Source of the DNA: Myxococcota bacterium
GTDB lineage: Bacteria > Myxococcota_A > UBA9160 > UBA4427
Length of the DNA: 64,000 nucleotides
Reading direction: 5' to 3'
Assembly: GCA_029243605.1 (NCBI GenBank)
Contig: JAQWRT010000033.1
Span: forward strand, 1,147 to 65,146
The notes under the pieces are model-generated. The model saw only the letters and a program-made list of their open reading frames with translations, had not been told where the DNA came from and searched no databases. Both the position numbers and the translations under genes were made by a program. Positions 28,649 to 37,990 of the stretch are shown piece by piece; the stretch's first letter is position 1, and every line of letters begins with the position of its first letter.

Positions 28649-28863
28649 TCGCTCTCGATCAGCACCAGCACGGTGCCCTCTTCAACCGTCGCCCCCTCCT
28701 CCACTTTGATGGCGCGCACGACACCGGCGCAGGGGGCCTCCACGGGGATTTCCATTTTCATGGATTCGAGAATCAGGAGCACCTGCTCCTCTTCGACTCG
28801 ATCACCCACCGCTGCCTCGACCTTCCAGACACTGCCAGCGATCTCTGCCTCGATCTCAAGCAA
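28645..28863 (-). CDS. Stand-alone biotinyl carrier domain protein
   Basis: AGSVWKV, LESMKMEIPV; TTG start after GGAGGG. Confidence 0.9.
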   Translation of the reverse strand: MLEIEAEIAGSVWKVEAAVGDRVEEEQVLLILESMKMEIPVEAPCAGVVRAIKVEEGATVEEGTVLVLIESE

Positions 28864-28995
28864 ATCCTGCCCTCCCTCTCCAATTGGCGCGAAACCCAGA
28901 AAAGGAGGATGCATCCCCGAACCCTTCCGGGCAAGAGCCCCGGGCATCCCGGAAACCCGATAGGCTGCTAAGATCCGGCGCCACCGGGAGGAATC

Positions 28996-30537
28996 GTGCT
29001 CGAAACCGTAAGCCAGGGCTTCCAGTCAGCCACCGAACGACTTCGTGGTGTTCGAGAACTGCACGAGTCGAATATCGACGAGGCCCTCGCCAACGTCCGG
29101 GCGTCGCTTCTCGAGGCGGACGTCGATTTCACCGTGGTCAAGGGCTTCCTCGCCCGGGTCAAGGAGAGGGCGCTCGGCGAGAAGGTCGAAACCCGGGTCC
29201 GAGACGCCTCGGGCCAAATGGTCAAGATCACCCCGGGCCAGCATTTCGTGAAGGCCTGCGAGAACGAACTCATCGAACTGATGGGCCCTGTGGACACCTC
29301 TCTCGCCCGGGATGCCGGTGCCACCTCCATCATGCTCGCCGGCCTACAGGGTGTGGGCAAGACCACCGTCGCTGCCAAACTCGCGCGGCACCTGCAAAAA
29401 CAGGGACGCCGGCCCCTGCTCGTCGCCGCGGATGTCTATCGGCCGGCGGCGGTCCAACAGCTGATCACCCTGGGCGAATCCATCGACGTCCCCGTACACA
29501 GCGGTGCCGAGGGCGAACTGCCCCCCAGCATCTGCCAGGAAGCGCACAAGCGAGCCCGAGGCGAAGGCTTCGACGCCATTATCTACGACACCGCCGGACG
29601 CTTGGCCCTCGACGAAAACCTGATGACCGAGCTCGAGGAGATCAAGGCCTCGGTCGCCCCGGCCAATACCCTCCTCGTCTGCGACTCGCTGATGGGACGG
29701 GATTCCGTCAATGTCGCCCAGGCCTTTTCCGAACGCATCGACGTCGATGGCGTCGTCCTGACGAAACTCGATGGCGATGCCCGGGGAGGCGCGGCCCTCG
29801 CCATCAAGGCGGTCACGGGCGTGCCTATCAAGTTTCTGGGCACCGGTGAGACCGTCGATCGACTCGAGGAATTCCGACCCGAGGGGCTGGCCTCGCGAAT
29901 CCTCGGAATGGGAGACGTGGTCGGACTCGTCAAGGATTTCGAGGAAATCGTCGACGAGAAGCAGGCCGAGGCCGACGCCGAGCGCATCCTGAAGGGGCAA
30001 TTCACCCTGGATGATCTCCTCACCCAACTGCGAACCATCCAGAAGATGGGCCCCCTGCGCGAAGTTTTCGCCAAGATGCCCATGTTCGGCTCGATGGCGG
30101 ACAAGGTCGAGGAGGGGGATCTCTCCAAGGTCGAATCGATGATCCACTCCATGACCCGGCAGGAACGCGGCACCCCGGACATCATCAATAAGAGCCGTGC
30201 CCGGCGAATCGCTGGGGGCTGTGGTCGCAAGGCCAAGGACGTCCTCGACCTGGTCGAGCGTTTCAAGCAGATGCGCGAAATGATGGGCTCCCTCGGCAAA
30301 CCCGGCGGCCTGCTCTCGAAAATTCCCGGCATGGGCCAGATGATGGGGGGCGGCGGAGCCGGGGGAATGGACCCGAGCGCGCTTCTCGCTGGCGGTGGAA
30401 TGCCCGGCATGAACCCGATGCTCGGCGGCGCGGTGCAACCCCGCAGCCAAAAGGCAAACCAGCAGCGCAAGAACAAGCGCCAACAGGCTCGCAAGTCGCG
30501 CCAAAAAAGTCGGAGCAAGAAAAAGAAGAAGAAATAG
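28996..30537 (+). CDS. ffh: Signal recognition particle protein
   Basis: GLQGVGKTT, DTAGR, TKLDGDARGGAAL, RILGMGD, Met-rich M domain. Confidence 0.97.
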   Translation: MLETVSQGFQSATERLRGVRELHESNIDEALANVRASLLEADVDFTVVKGFLARVKERALGEKVETRVRDASGQMVKITPGQHFVKACENELIELMGPVDTSLARDAGATSIMLAGLQGVGKTTVAAKLARHLQKQGRRPLLVAADVYRPAAVQQLITLGESIDVPVHSGAEGELPPSICQEAHKRARGEGFDAIIYDTAGRLALDENLMTELEEIKASVAPANTLLVCDSLMGRDSVNVAQAFSERIDVDGVVLTKLDGDARGGAALAIKAVTGVPIKFLGTGETVDRLEEFRPEGLASRILGMGDVVGLVKDFEEIVDEKQAEADAERILKGQFTLDDLLTQLRTIQKMGPLREVFAKMPMFGSMADKVEEGDLSKVESMIHSMTRQERGTPDIINKSRARRIAGGCGRKAKDVLDLVERFKQMREMMGSLGKPGGLLSKIPGMGQMMGGGGAGGMDPSALLAGGGMPGMNPMLGGAVQPRSQKANQQRKNKRQQARKSRQKSRSKKKKKK

Positions 30538-30704
30538 ACAACCCCTCCTTCGGCACGGAACCGTAAGTCATCGGGCGGGGACCGAGGACAGGATCGGGGT
30601 GGTACTTGGCGGAATCAAGAACGAGTGATCGATTCCCCCGCCTTCCCAAAAATCCAGGTTGGCCATCAGAGATTCTTCCCCGCCGACCTCTGCATACGAG
30701 GCTC

Positions 30705-32792
30705 ATGAAAACTCTTCCCCGGCTTGCTGCGCTGATGCTCCCCCTCCTGCTCGCGGCATCCCTCGGCCATGGCGTCGAGCGTGAGACGGCGCTTTTCGTC
30801 GAACCCCCGGGCCTCGAGCCCGACATCCAGTTCTGGATGCAGATCTACACCGAGGTGGACAGCGAAAGCGGCCTGCTTCACGACTACCGGAACATTGACG
30901 TGGTCTACGGAGAGATCGACCTCCCCAGGGGTTTGAGCACGAAGGCCGAGGACCGCTACCTCGAAAAAGAAAAGGACCATTACCGCAAAATCCTAAAAAC
31001 CCTGGCAACGGGTAAACGGACAAAGCTCAGCCCCGAAGAGAAGCGAGTGCTGGCTCTCTTCCCCCCAGGCGTGTCCAACAAGGAACTCAAAGCCCACGTC
31101 AAAAGGATTCGCTTCCAGCAGGGACAGGCCGACCGTTTTCGCGCGGGTCTGGTCCGCTCGGGCGCCTATGCCGATCATATTCAGGAAATTCTCGGGGAAA
31201 TGGGCCTTCCTCCCCAACTCGCTGCTCTTCCCCATGTGGAATCGTCCTATAGCCCCGAAGCCTATTCGAGGATTGGCGCGTCAGGACTCTGGCAGTTCAC
31301 CCGGGCGACCGGGCGCCGCTTCATGCGCGTCGACCAGATCGTGGATGAGCGTCGGGACCCCTACAAATCCACCGCTGCGGCTGCCCGTCTGCTGGCCCAG
31401 AACCTCCGGGCGACAGGATCCTGGCCCCTAGCGATCACCGCCTACAACCACGGGGCGTCGGGCATGCGGCGGGCCAGTCGCAAGCTGGGGCACAAGAATA
31501 TCGAGAAAATCATTCGGGAATATAAAAGCCGGCGCTTCGGCTTCGCCTCGCGAAACTTCTACGTCGAGTTCATCGCGGCTTCCCGAATCGCCGAAGACCC
31601 CGAAGCCTTTTTCGGCCCAATTTCAATGGCCTCGCCCACGCAATACGAAACCATCGCCCTGCCCTTCTACATCTCGGCAGAAGCCATGTCCCAGGCCCTC
31701 GACTTGGATCTTCAGAGCATGAAGGCGGCGAACCCATCGCTCTTGAGCCCGATCTGGAACGGCCAAAAGCGGATCCCCCGAGGCTTCGAATTCAAGGTTC
31801 CCGTGGCCCTGTTGAAGCGACCGCTATCCGCGTCCATCGCGACCCTTCCCCGGCGCGAACTCTTCACCGCCCAGACCCGCGACAGCTTCCATATCGTCCG
31901 GAGAGGCGAGACCCTCTCTGCCATCGCCCAGAAGTACAGGGTGCCCGTTCGGGAATTGGCGAGCTTGAATGATTTGCGAGACCGCAACCGTATTCGGGTG
32001 GGTCAGAAGCTGCGACTGCCCATCGAGCAAGCCTCGACGGGCTCCACCCCAGGCGAACTCGTGATCTCGGTTCCCGAAGACGGGCTCTACACGGTACGCC
32101 GGGGCGACAACCTCACCCTGATCGCCCTGCGCTTTGGTGTCGATGACGAGGAACTCTTGCGGGTCAATGACATACGGGATCGTCACCGCATCAACGCCGG
32201 CCAGGTGCTGCGACTTCCGGGCTTTGCCCCCACCCAACCGAGTCCCACCGATCCCGGAACTCGGGCCTCGACGAAGCAATCCCTCCCACCGGGCACAACG
32301 CCACCAAAAACCACGGCCCCGAGTTCTCCCCCACCGAACCTTCGAGCCGATCCGAGCGACTACCTCGTCGCAGGGAACGAGACCATCGAGGTTCAATTCG
32401 GCGAGACTCTCGGGCATTACGCGGAATGGCTCGACATTCGCGCCCAGGAATTACGAACCCTCAACGGCCTCAGCTTTGGGGAGGCCCTGCCGATCCACAG
32501 CCGCCTGAGACTCAACTTCAAGCGGGTCTCGCCCTCTATCTTCGAAAGGCAGAGAATCGACTACCACCTCGATATCCAGGAGCAGTTTTTCTCCGCACGA
32601 GAAATCGTTGGAACCCGAACACATAAGCTCCAACGCGGCGACTCGATCTGGGTGCTGGCCCATCAGAAATTCAAGGTCCCCCTCTGGCTGCTCCAGCAGT
32701 ACAACCCCGACGTCGATTTCGAGACGGCGCCAGCAGGGACTGCCATCGTCACCCCAGTGCTCGAGAAACACGCCCCTCCGGATAATCCCTGA
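30705..32792 (+). CDS. Lytic murein transglycosylase with LysM domains (MltD-like)
   Basis: PHVESSY, ASGLWQF, AYNHG; LysM repeats HIVRRGETLSAIA and YTVRRGDNL. Confidence 0.9.
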   Translation: MKTLPRLAALMLPLLLAASLGHGVERETALFVEPPGLEPDIQFWMQIYTEVDSESGLLHDYRNIDVVYGEIDLPRGLSTKAEDRYLEKEKDHYRKILKTLATGKRTKLSPEEKRVLALFPPGVSNKELKAHVKRIRFQQGQADRFRAGLVRSGAYADHIQEILGEMGLPPQLAALPHVESSYSPEAYSRIGASGLWQFTRATGRRFMRVDQIVDERRDPYKSTAAAARLLAQNLRATGSWPLAITAYNHGASGMRRASRKLGHKNIEKIIREYKSRRFGFASRNFYVEFIAASRIAEDPEAFFGPISMASPTQYETIALPFYISAEAMSQALDLDLQSMKAANPSLLSPIWNGQKRIPRGFEFKVPVALLKRPLSASIATLPRRELFTAQTRDSFHIVRRGETLSAIAQKYRVPVRELASLNDLRDRNRIRVGQKLRLPIEQASTGSTPGELVISVPEDGLYTVRRGDNLTLIALRFGVDDEELLRVNDIRDRHRINAGQVLRLPGFAPTQPSPTDPGTRASTKQSLPPGTTPPKTTAPSSPPPNLRADPSDYLVAGNETIEVQFGETLGHYAEWLDIRAQELRTLNGLSFGEALPIHSRLRLNFKRVSPSIFERQRIDYHLDIQEQFFSAREIVGTRTHKLQRGDSIWVLAHQKFKVPLWLLQQYNPDVDFETAPAGTAIVTPVLEKHAPPDNP

Positions 32793-32801
32793 GGCCCTGC
32801 T

Positions 32802-33896
32802 TCAATCCCGTGATTGGGCCGCCGGCGCCGAGCCCCGGGTCTGCCCCCGAGCCGCCAGCTGACCGCAGGCCGCATCGATATCACGACCCCGGTTGCGCCG
32901 CAGGGTAACCCGCAAGCCCGACGCATGAACCTCCGCCGCGAAAGCGTCGCAGACCTCTTGAGAAGGAGGCTGGTAGGAGGCATCCGGGTGGGGATTCATG
33001 GGAATCAGGTTGACCTTGCCCGGTATGCCTTCGAGCAGCCGGGGCAGGCGGCGGGCGTCCTCAAGACTGTCATTGGTGCCCGCCATCAGGGTGTACTCGA
33101 AGAACACGGGCCGCTTGCGGGAAATCAGTTCTTCATCTCGCAGCGCTCCCAATAAGGTATCCAGGGGGAAACGCTTATTCAGTGGCACCAACTCGTCACG
33201 AACCTCGTCGGTAGTTGCATGCAGAGAAACGGCCAAGTTGATGGGCCCGATCTCGAGCAGAGGACGTATCTGGGGAACGACTCCCGATGTTGAAACCGTA
33301 ATTCGGCGAGGTGCCATAGCCAAGCAGCGCGGGTCGGTGAAGATGCGGATGGACTCCTTGACCGCAGCCAGGTTGAGCAACGGCTCCCCCATCCCCATAA
33401 AGACGATATTGCTGATCAAATCGCCCTCGGGAAGAACCTCCCGGGCACGCATCAACTGGTCGACGATTTCGGCGACGGTCAAGTTGCGGATCATTCCCAT
33501 TTTTCCCGTAGCGCAAAAGGAACAGGCCAGGGGGCAGCCCACCTGAGTCGAGACGCAGAGCGTATTGCGGCGCTCCTCAGGAATCAGAACCGACTCGAGG
33601 ACCTCGCCATCTCGCGTTCGCAGGACAATTTTCCGCGTCCCATCCTGGGAGACCTGGACATCGCCGATCTCGAGCGCACGGGAATCCCAGGTGCTCGCCA
33701 GGCTATCCCTGAGCTGCGCGGGCAGGTCGGTCATGGCCTCGATGTCGTCGACGCCACGACCGTAGAGCCAGGAAAGGACCTGGTCCGCCCGATAAGCCGG
33801 AAGCCCATCCCGGGAGAAATGCTCGCGCAACGCCTCCCGACCATGATCCTTGAGGTTCGGGCGCGGAGCCGACGCGTTTTCCGGGTCTCTGGCCAC
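32802..33896 (-). CDS. rlmN: 23S rRNA/tRNA m2A methyltransferase
   Basis: STQVGCPLACSFCATG, FMGMGEP, IDAACGQL. Confidence 0.97.
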   Translation of the reverse strand: MARDPENASAPRPNLKDHGREALREHFSRDGLPAYRADQVLSWLYGRGVDDIEAMTDLPAQLRDSLASTWDSRALEIGDVQVSQDGTRKIVLRTRDGEVLESVLIPEERRNTLCVSTQVGCPLACSFCATGKMGMIRNLTVAEIVDQLMRAREVLPEGDLISNIVFMGMGEPLLNLAAVKESIRIFTDPRCLAMAPRRITVSTSGVVPQIRPLLEIGPINLAVSLHATTDEVRDELVPLNKRFPLDTLLGALRDEELISRKRPVFFEYTLMAGTNDSLEDARRLPRLLEGIPGKVNLIPMNPHPDASYQPPSQEVCDAFAAEVHASGLRVTLRRNRGRDIDAACGQLAARGQTRGSAPAAQSRD

Positions 33897-33899
33897 CCT

Positions 33900-34559
33900 T
33901 CAGCCCCCCTCGGCCTGGGCCGCGACCCGGCAACCCGCGAAAAAGTGCAGGGGTCGCCCTGCCGCCCGCCACTCGATCTCATAGCCGGTCTGAATGCGCC
34001 CAGGGACGTTCCCGAGCCAACGCTCAGGGGCGAAGGCGTTTTCAAGCAGAATCTCCCCCTCCATGACCTCAGCGATCTGGTGTGCGTAGGGAACGTCGTC
34101 CGTGGCCACGTGGAGGGTGCCCCCCGGAACGAGACAGCGGGCGGCGTCGCGAACGAAAGCCGGCTGGATAACTCTTCTCCGTGCATGTCGATCCTTGGGC
34201 CAGGGATCCGAAAAATTCACCCAGATCTCGTCGAGCAAACCGTTCGGGAGCAGATCGTGCAGGACAACCTCCCCCTTGGCCTCCATCAGACGAACGTTGC
34301 ACAATTCTGCGCGCCCGACCTTCCTGGCCATCTTGAGAACGCGTTTAAAAGAGATCTCGACTCCCAAAAAGGCGGTCTCGGGTTGCTTCGCCGCCAGCTC
34401 CAGCAAGAATTCACCGCGCCCGAAGCCGATCTCAAGGACCCGCCGGGAAGCGTCCTCCAGAGCGGCCGCAAAGAGGCCGTCGAAGCCGCGCTCGGCGAGT
34501 TCGAGAGAATCGCAGCGCCTGTCGACTCCGGGAATCTCGTACTTGAGGGATCGACCCAT
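33900..34559 (-). CDS. trmB: tRNA (guanine-N7)-methyltransferase
   Basis: LEIGFGRG, FSDPWPKDRHARRR, ATD, TGYE. Confidence 0.93.
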   Translation of the reverse strand: MGRSLKYEIPGVDRRCDSLELAERGFDGLFAAALEDASRRVLEIGFGRGEFLLELAAKQPETAFLGVEISFKRVLKMARKVGRAELCNVRLMEAKGEVVLHDLLPNGLLDEIWVNFSDPWPKDRHARRRVIQPAFVRDAARCLVPGGTLHVATDDVPYAHQIAEVMEGEILLENAFAPERWLGNVPGRIQTGYEIEWRAAGRPLHFFAGCRVAAQAEGG

Positions 34560-34659
34560 TCGAGGAACCAGCTCTCTTTCAATCGTCGGGCGAAACCCCG
34601 GCGAGGTACATCCCTGGTGGGCGACCGGGGCCAACCCCGTGCGCTCGCGCGCCTCCAGG

Positions 34660-35859
34660 CTAGAGAAAATCGGTGAAATCGACTCCGCCGTTGACCCGGA
34701 GAGACTCCACCACGTGGCGAACCACCAGCAAAGCCGATCCATCAACCGTCATGTTGTCGACGATCGGGACGTTATTCCGATCGGCCTGCTCGAGGAGATA
34801 GCGCTGGATCTTCAGGATCTCCTCAAGCCTCTCAACATAGCGAGCCGCGTCCCGGGCTCGTTGCCGGCGTGCCCGAGCTTCGAACTGACTCTCGAAGGCC
34901 TGCTCATCCAGACGGCCCACCATCAGGAAGAAAACGTGGGCGCGGTCCGCGTATTCCTCTAAATCGATCAAGCCGGGCACCAGCGCGACCCCATCGAGCA
35001 CGATGCTCGTATTTTCTTCGATAGCCCGGTCCAGCATCGCGCGAACTCCCACCGACACCGTCGATGCCTGGGAGAGGAATCCGTCGATAACCGGGTCTTC
35101 TTCGCGTCCCAGAGCCGGTAGCTCCCGGTAGGCATCGAAGGAGGAGACGTGGATCGCAGGCATCAGGTCCGGCGAAAGCATGATGCGCATGATATGTCGA
35201 ATAGAATCGGTCGAGAGCATGCGGCTGACACCGAGTCGCTGGGCAACCGCCAAGGCAAGAGAAGTCTTCCCCACCCCCGCAGTCCCGCCCAGGAGAATGA
35301 TGACCGGCTTCTCGGGTTCCTCGAATTTCCGCCAGACGAGATAGCGCTGGGCGACGCGGTTGCCGAAGCGTTCGAGAAGAGCGTCGTAGGCAAACCGACG
35401 AAGCTCGACCTGAGTCACCTCCTCGGTCCCTCGCTGAATCAAGTTGGCCTCGATCACGCGGGCCACCTCAAAAGCATCATCGGGGGCCAGGGATGCGGCC
35501 AACAAGCTCTGGGATAGAGTTCCCTTCGAAAAATGAGTACTGCCGCGGTTCCCCACCACCTGGAGGGTCGCCGGCAACTGAATCGGCTGCTCGCTCTCGG
35601 CCCCCTCGCCGACGATCTCGTGCACAATTTTGGCCAACTCGGCACGTTCCACCCGGCCGCGTCCCTGGATCATGCCCGACACCTGGCCAGCGGTGGAATA
35701 GGCTTCGTCGAAACCGATGCCCCGAGCCATCAGGGAATGAACCATGATGCCGCGCATATAGGGGCGCTCGGCACCGGATTCCTCGACCACCAGAACACGC
35801 GTTCCCGCCCGAGCGGAGTCTTGGCTTCCCGGATCGTTTTTGTTCTTTTTAGCCGACAA
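34660..35859 (-). CDS. 2-phosphoglycerate kinase-like protein with two ATP-cone-like domains
   Basis: PYMRGIMVHSL and FSKGTLSQSL cones; ILLGGTAGVGKT, STDSIR, HVSSF; start uncertain. Confidence 0.8.
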   Translation of the reverse strand: MSAKKNKNDPGSQDSARAGTRVLVVEESGAERPYMRGIMVHSLMARGIGFDEAYSTAGQVSGMIQGRGRVERAELAKIVHEIVGEGAESEQPIQLPATLQVVGNRGSTHFSKGTLSQSLLAASLAPDDAFEVARVIEANLIQRGTEEVTQVELRRFAYDALLERFGNRVAQRYLVWRKFEEPEKPVIILLGGTAGVGKTSLALAVAQRLGVSRMLSTDSIRHIMRIMLSPDLMPAIHVSSFDAYRELPALGREEDPVIDGFLSQASTVSVGVRAMLDRAIEENTSIVLDGVALVPGLIDLEEYADRAHVFFLMVGRLDEQAFESQFEARARRQRARDAARYVERLEEILKIQRYLLEQADRNNVPIVDNMTVDGSALLVVRHVVESLRVNGGVDFTDFL

Positions 35860-36038
35860 AAGACAACACCTCTGAGACACAATGTACGACCCGCGCGGCG
35901 TCAGCGCCGGAGGCCGGGGCGGGCGATCTAAAACGGACGCGACGGCGTGCGGGAAGATCCCGCAGAGTCAATTCAACACGCCAGCTGTCCGGGCGGGCCA
36001 AAAATGGCCGCAAATCCTTCAGAAAGCCTGACAAAGCA

Positions 36039-36097
36039 CTAATTGGCACAAATTAGCTCTTTTTTGGGTTGACTTCTAGGGCAGTAAACCGTTACTT
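36039..36097. promoter_or_regulatory. Promoter region with two dyads in divergent intergenic spacer
   Basis: CTAATT-N6-AATTAG (36039-36056); TTGACT at 36069; AGTAA-ACCG-TTACT (36083-36096). Confidence 0.5.
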
Positions 36098-36239
36098 CGT
36101 TGCCAGAGATCGAAGATCTCCTTGCCGCCAGACCCCCAGCGAGCGAGCCGGAGAACGGAGTGTCGCGATTTTTCTCCCGCACCAGTCCTGGGCATGGGCG
36201 GTTTCCCTTGCCCGGATCTCGGGTTCAGGGGCCAGGCGA

Positions 36240-36800
36240 ATGAGTTCGCCCAGCGCCCATCCACCCCTGGCCGCGCCTTCCGAGGTGCGTCCCCCGACTC
36301 GGCGACCCACTCCGCGGAGCGAGGCCAGCCGATCCGATAGCTCGGAACTCTTCCCTACCCGGGACGTTCTCGAGATCGTCGGAGTCTCCCGCAGGCAACT
36401 CCAGTACTGGTCCCAAACCAATCTGGTGCGTCCATCGCTCCGAACCGTGGGCGGACATCATCGATACAGTTTCGAGGATCTCGTCACCCTCAAGGCGGTT
36501 CGTCGTCTCATCGACGCCGGCATCTCGGTCCAACGCATTCGCAATGGAATCCGGATGCTGCGTGAAGCCTTGAGAAGCGGGTCCCGGCCCCTAGGCGAAC
36601 TCACCCTGATCGCGACCGGCGATCTTGTTCTCGTCCTGCCCGAACAGAGCGACTTCGAAGTCCTCCATGGGCATGAATGGATTTTTCCGATCAGCGAATT
36701 TCGTCGAGAAATCGATGCCCGAGCTGAAGACCATCGCCGCAAATCGAAGGACAAACACACAAGAGGAGGGGCCCCGAATTTTGAACCGAACCCCGTCTAG
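36240..36800 (+). CDS. MerR-family HTH regulator
   Basis: VLEIVGVSRRQLQYW, GGHHRYSFEDL, LIDAGISVQRIR. Confidence 0.9.
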   Translation: MSSPSAHPPLAAPSEVRPPTRRPTPRSEASRSDSSELFPTRDVLEIVGVSRRQLQYWSQTNLVRPSLRTVGGHHRYSFEDLVTLKAVRRLIDAGISVQRIRNGIRMLREALRSGSRPLGELTLIATGDLVLVLPEQSDFEVLHGHEWIFPISEFRREIDARAEDHRRKSKDKHTRGGAPNFEPNPV

Positions 36801-36904
36801 GCACGGAGCCCCACCCATGTCCACAAAGGGAAGCGCGACCAGAAGAAGCTCGCTGGAAAACGTCTCGAATTGCTCGGAAATATTTGGCAACCGGGGGATG
36901 AGCT

Positions 36905-37981
36905 ATGCGGACCATTAGCATCGTCAATCAGAAGGGTGGCTGCGGGAAGACCACGACTACGGTCAGCCTGGCGGGAGCCCTCGCCGGGGACGGTTTTGCC
37001 GTTCTCGTCATCGATATGGATCCCCAGGCCCATGCCAGCATGGCCCTGGGAGTCGATCCAGAAGAGATCGAGGAGAATCTCTACGAGGTCCTGGTCGAAC
37101 CCGATGCCAGCGGTCGCCTGGATGGAGTGGTCGTGAACGCATCCCGGGGAATCGACCTCGCACCCGGGGGCATCGTTCTCTCCGCCCTGGAACAACGACT
37201 CGCCGCCGAAAACCAGGAAGCGCGAACCGAGCGTCTGGCCGCCGCCTTGGGCTCCCTGAGGAGCCAGTACGATTTTGCCCTGATCGATTGCCCCCCGGCG
37301 GTGGGATTGCTCACCTTCAACGCCCTGAGGGCTTCGCAAGAGGTGATCGTCCCGCTGGAAACCAGTTCCTTCGCGATCGACGGGGTTCAGAAACTCCTGG
37401 AAACCCTCGCCCTTCTGATGGAGCGAGTGGGTCACACTCTCTCCGTTCGGGTGTTGCCAAGCCTCTATGACGGGCGGACGCGCTATGCGCGCGAGACCCT
37501 CGGCGAGATACGCGAACTCTTCAAGGAACTCTGCTTCGACTCGGTCGTGCGGCTCAATGTGAAGCTGCGGGAAGCCGCTCGGGAGGGCATGCCGATTTCG
37601 CTCTGGGCCCCCGATTCCAACGGGGCCGCCGACTACGCTTCGGTGGCCATGGAAGTCGCCATGGGACCACCCGCCGAGATCGAGGCCGGGAGCGATACCG
37701 AGACTGAAGCGGCCCGGGAGGTGGTAATCGAATACCGCGATTCCCAAGCCAACGACGTCCGCATTGCGGGTGATTTCAACGGCTGGGTCCCCGACCGGAA
37801 CGTTCTCTCGCGGGTGGAGGCCAGCGGGCGCACCCGAGTCTGGGTCAAGGTCCTCAAACTGCCCCCGGGCGTCTACCAATACCGCTATTTCGTCGATGGC
37901 CAATGGAGAGTGGACCCAGAAAACGAGGAAAGTTCTCCCGGACCCATGGGCCAGACCAACTCCGTTCTCTACGTCCGCTGA
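36905..37981 (+). CDS. ParA/Soj ATPase fused to C-terminal CBM48 (AMPK-beta-type glycogen-binding) domain
   Basis: NQKGGCGKTT, DMDPQ, IDCPP, NVKLREA; then IAGDFNGW...LPPGVYQYRYFVDGQWRVDP...G.TNS. Confidence 0.9.
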   Translation: MRTISIVNQKGGCGKTTTTVSLAGALAGDGFAVLVIDMDPQAHASMALGVDPEEIEENLYEVLVEPDASGRLDGVVVNASRGIDLAPGGIVLSALEQRLAAENQEARTERLAAALGSLRSQYDFALIDCPPAVGLLTFNALRASQEVIVPLETSSFAIDGVQKLLETLALLMERVGHTLSVRVLPSLYDGRTRYARETLGEIRELFKELCFDSVVRLNVKLREAAREGMPISLWAPDSNGAADYASVAMEVAMGPPAEIEAGSDTETEAAREVVIEYRDSQANDVRIAGDFNGWVPDRNVLSRVEASGRTRVWVKVLKLPPGVYQYRYFVDGQWRVDPENEESSPGPMGQTNSVLYVR

Positions 37982-37990
37982 CTCGAAAAT

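Noticed and set aside
30360-30537. Gly/Met-rich and poly-Lys tail of Ffh
   Set aside because: Low-complexity basic C-termini are common in Ffh
36044-36057. Sigma54 promoter TGGCAC...GC
   Set aside because: GG-to-GC spacing is 9 nt rather than the required 10
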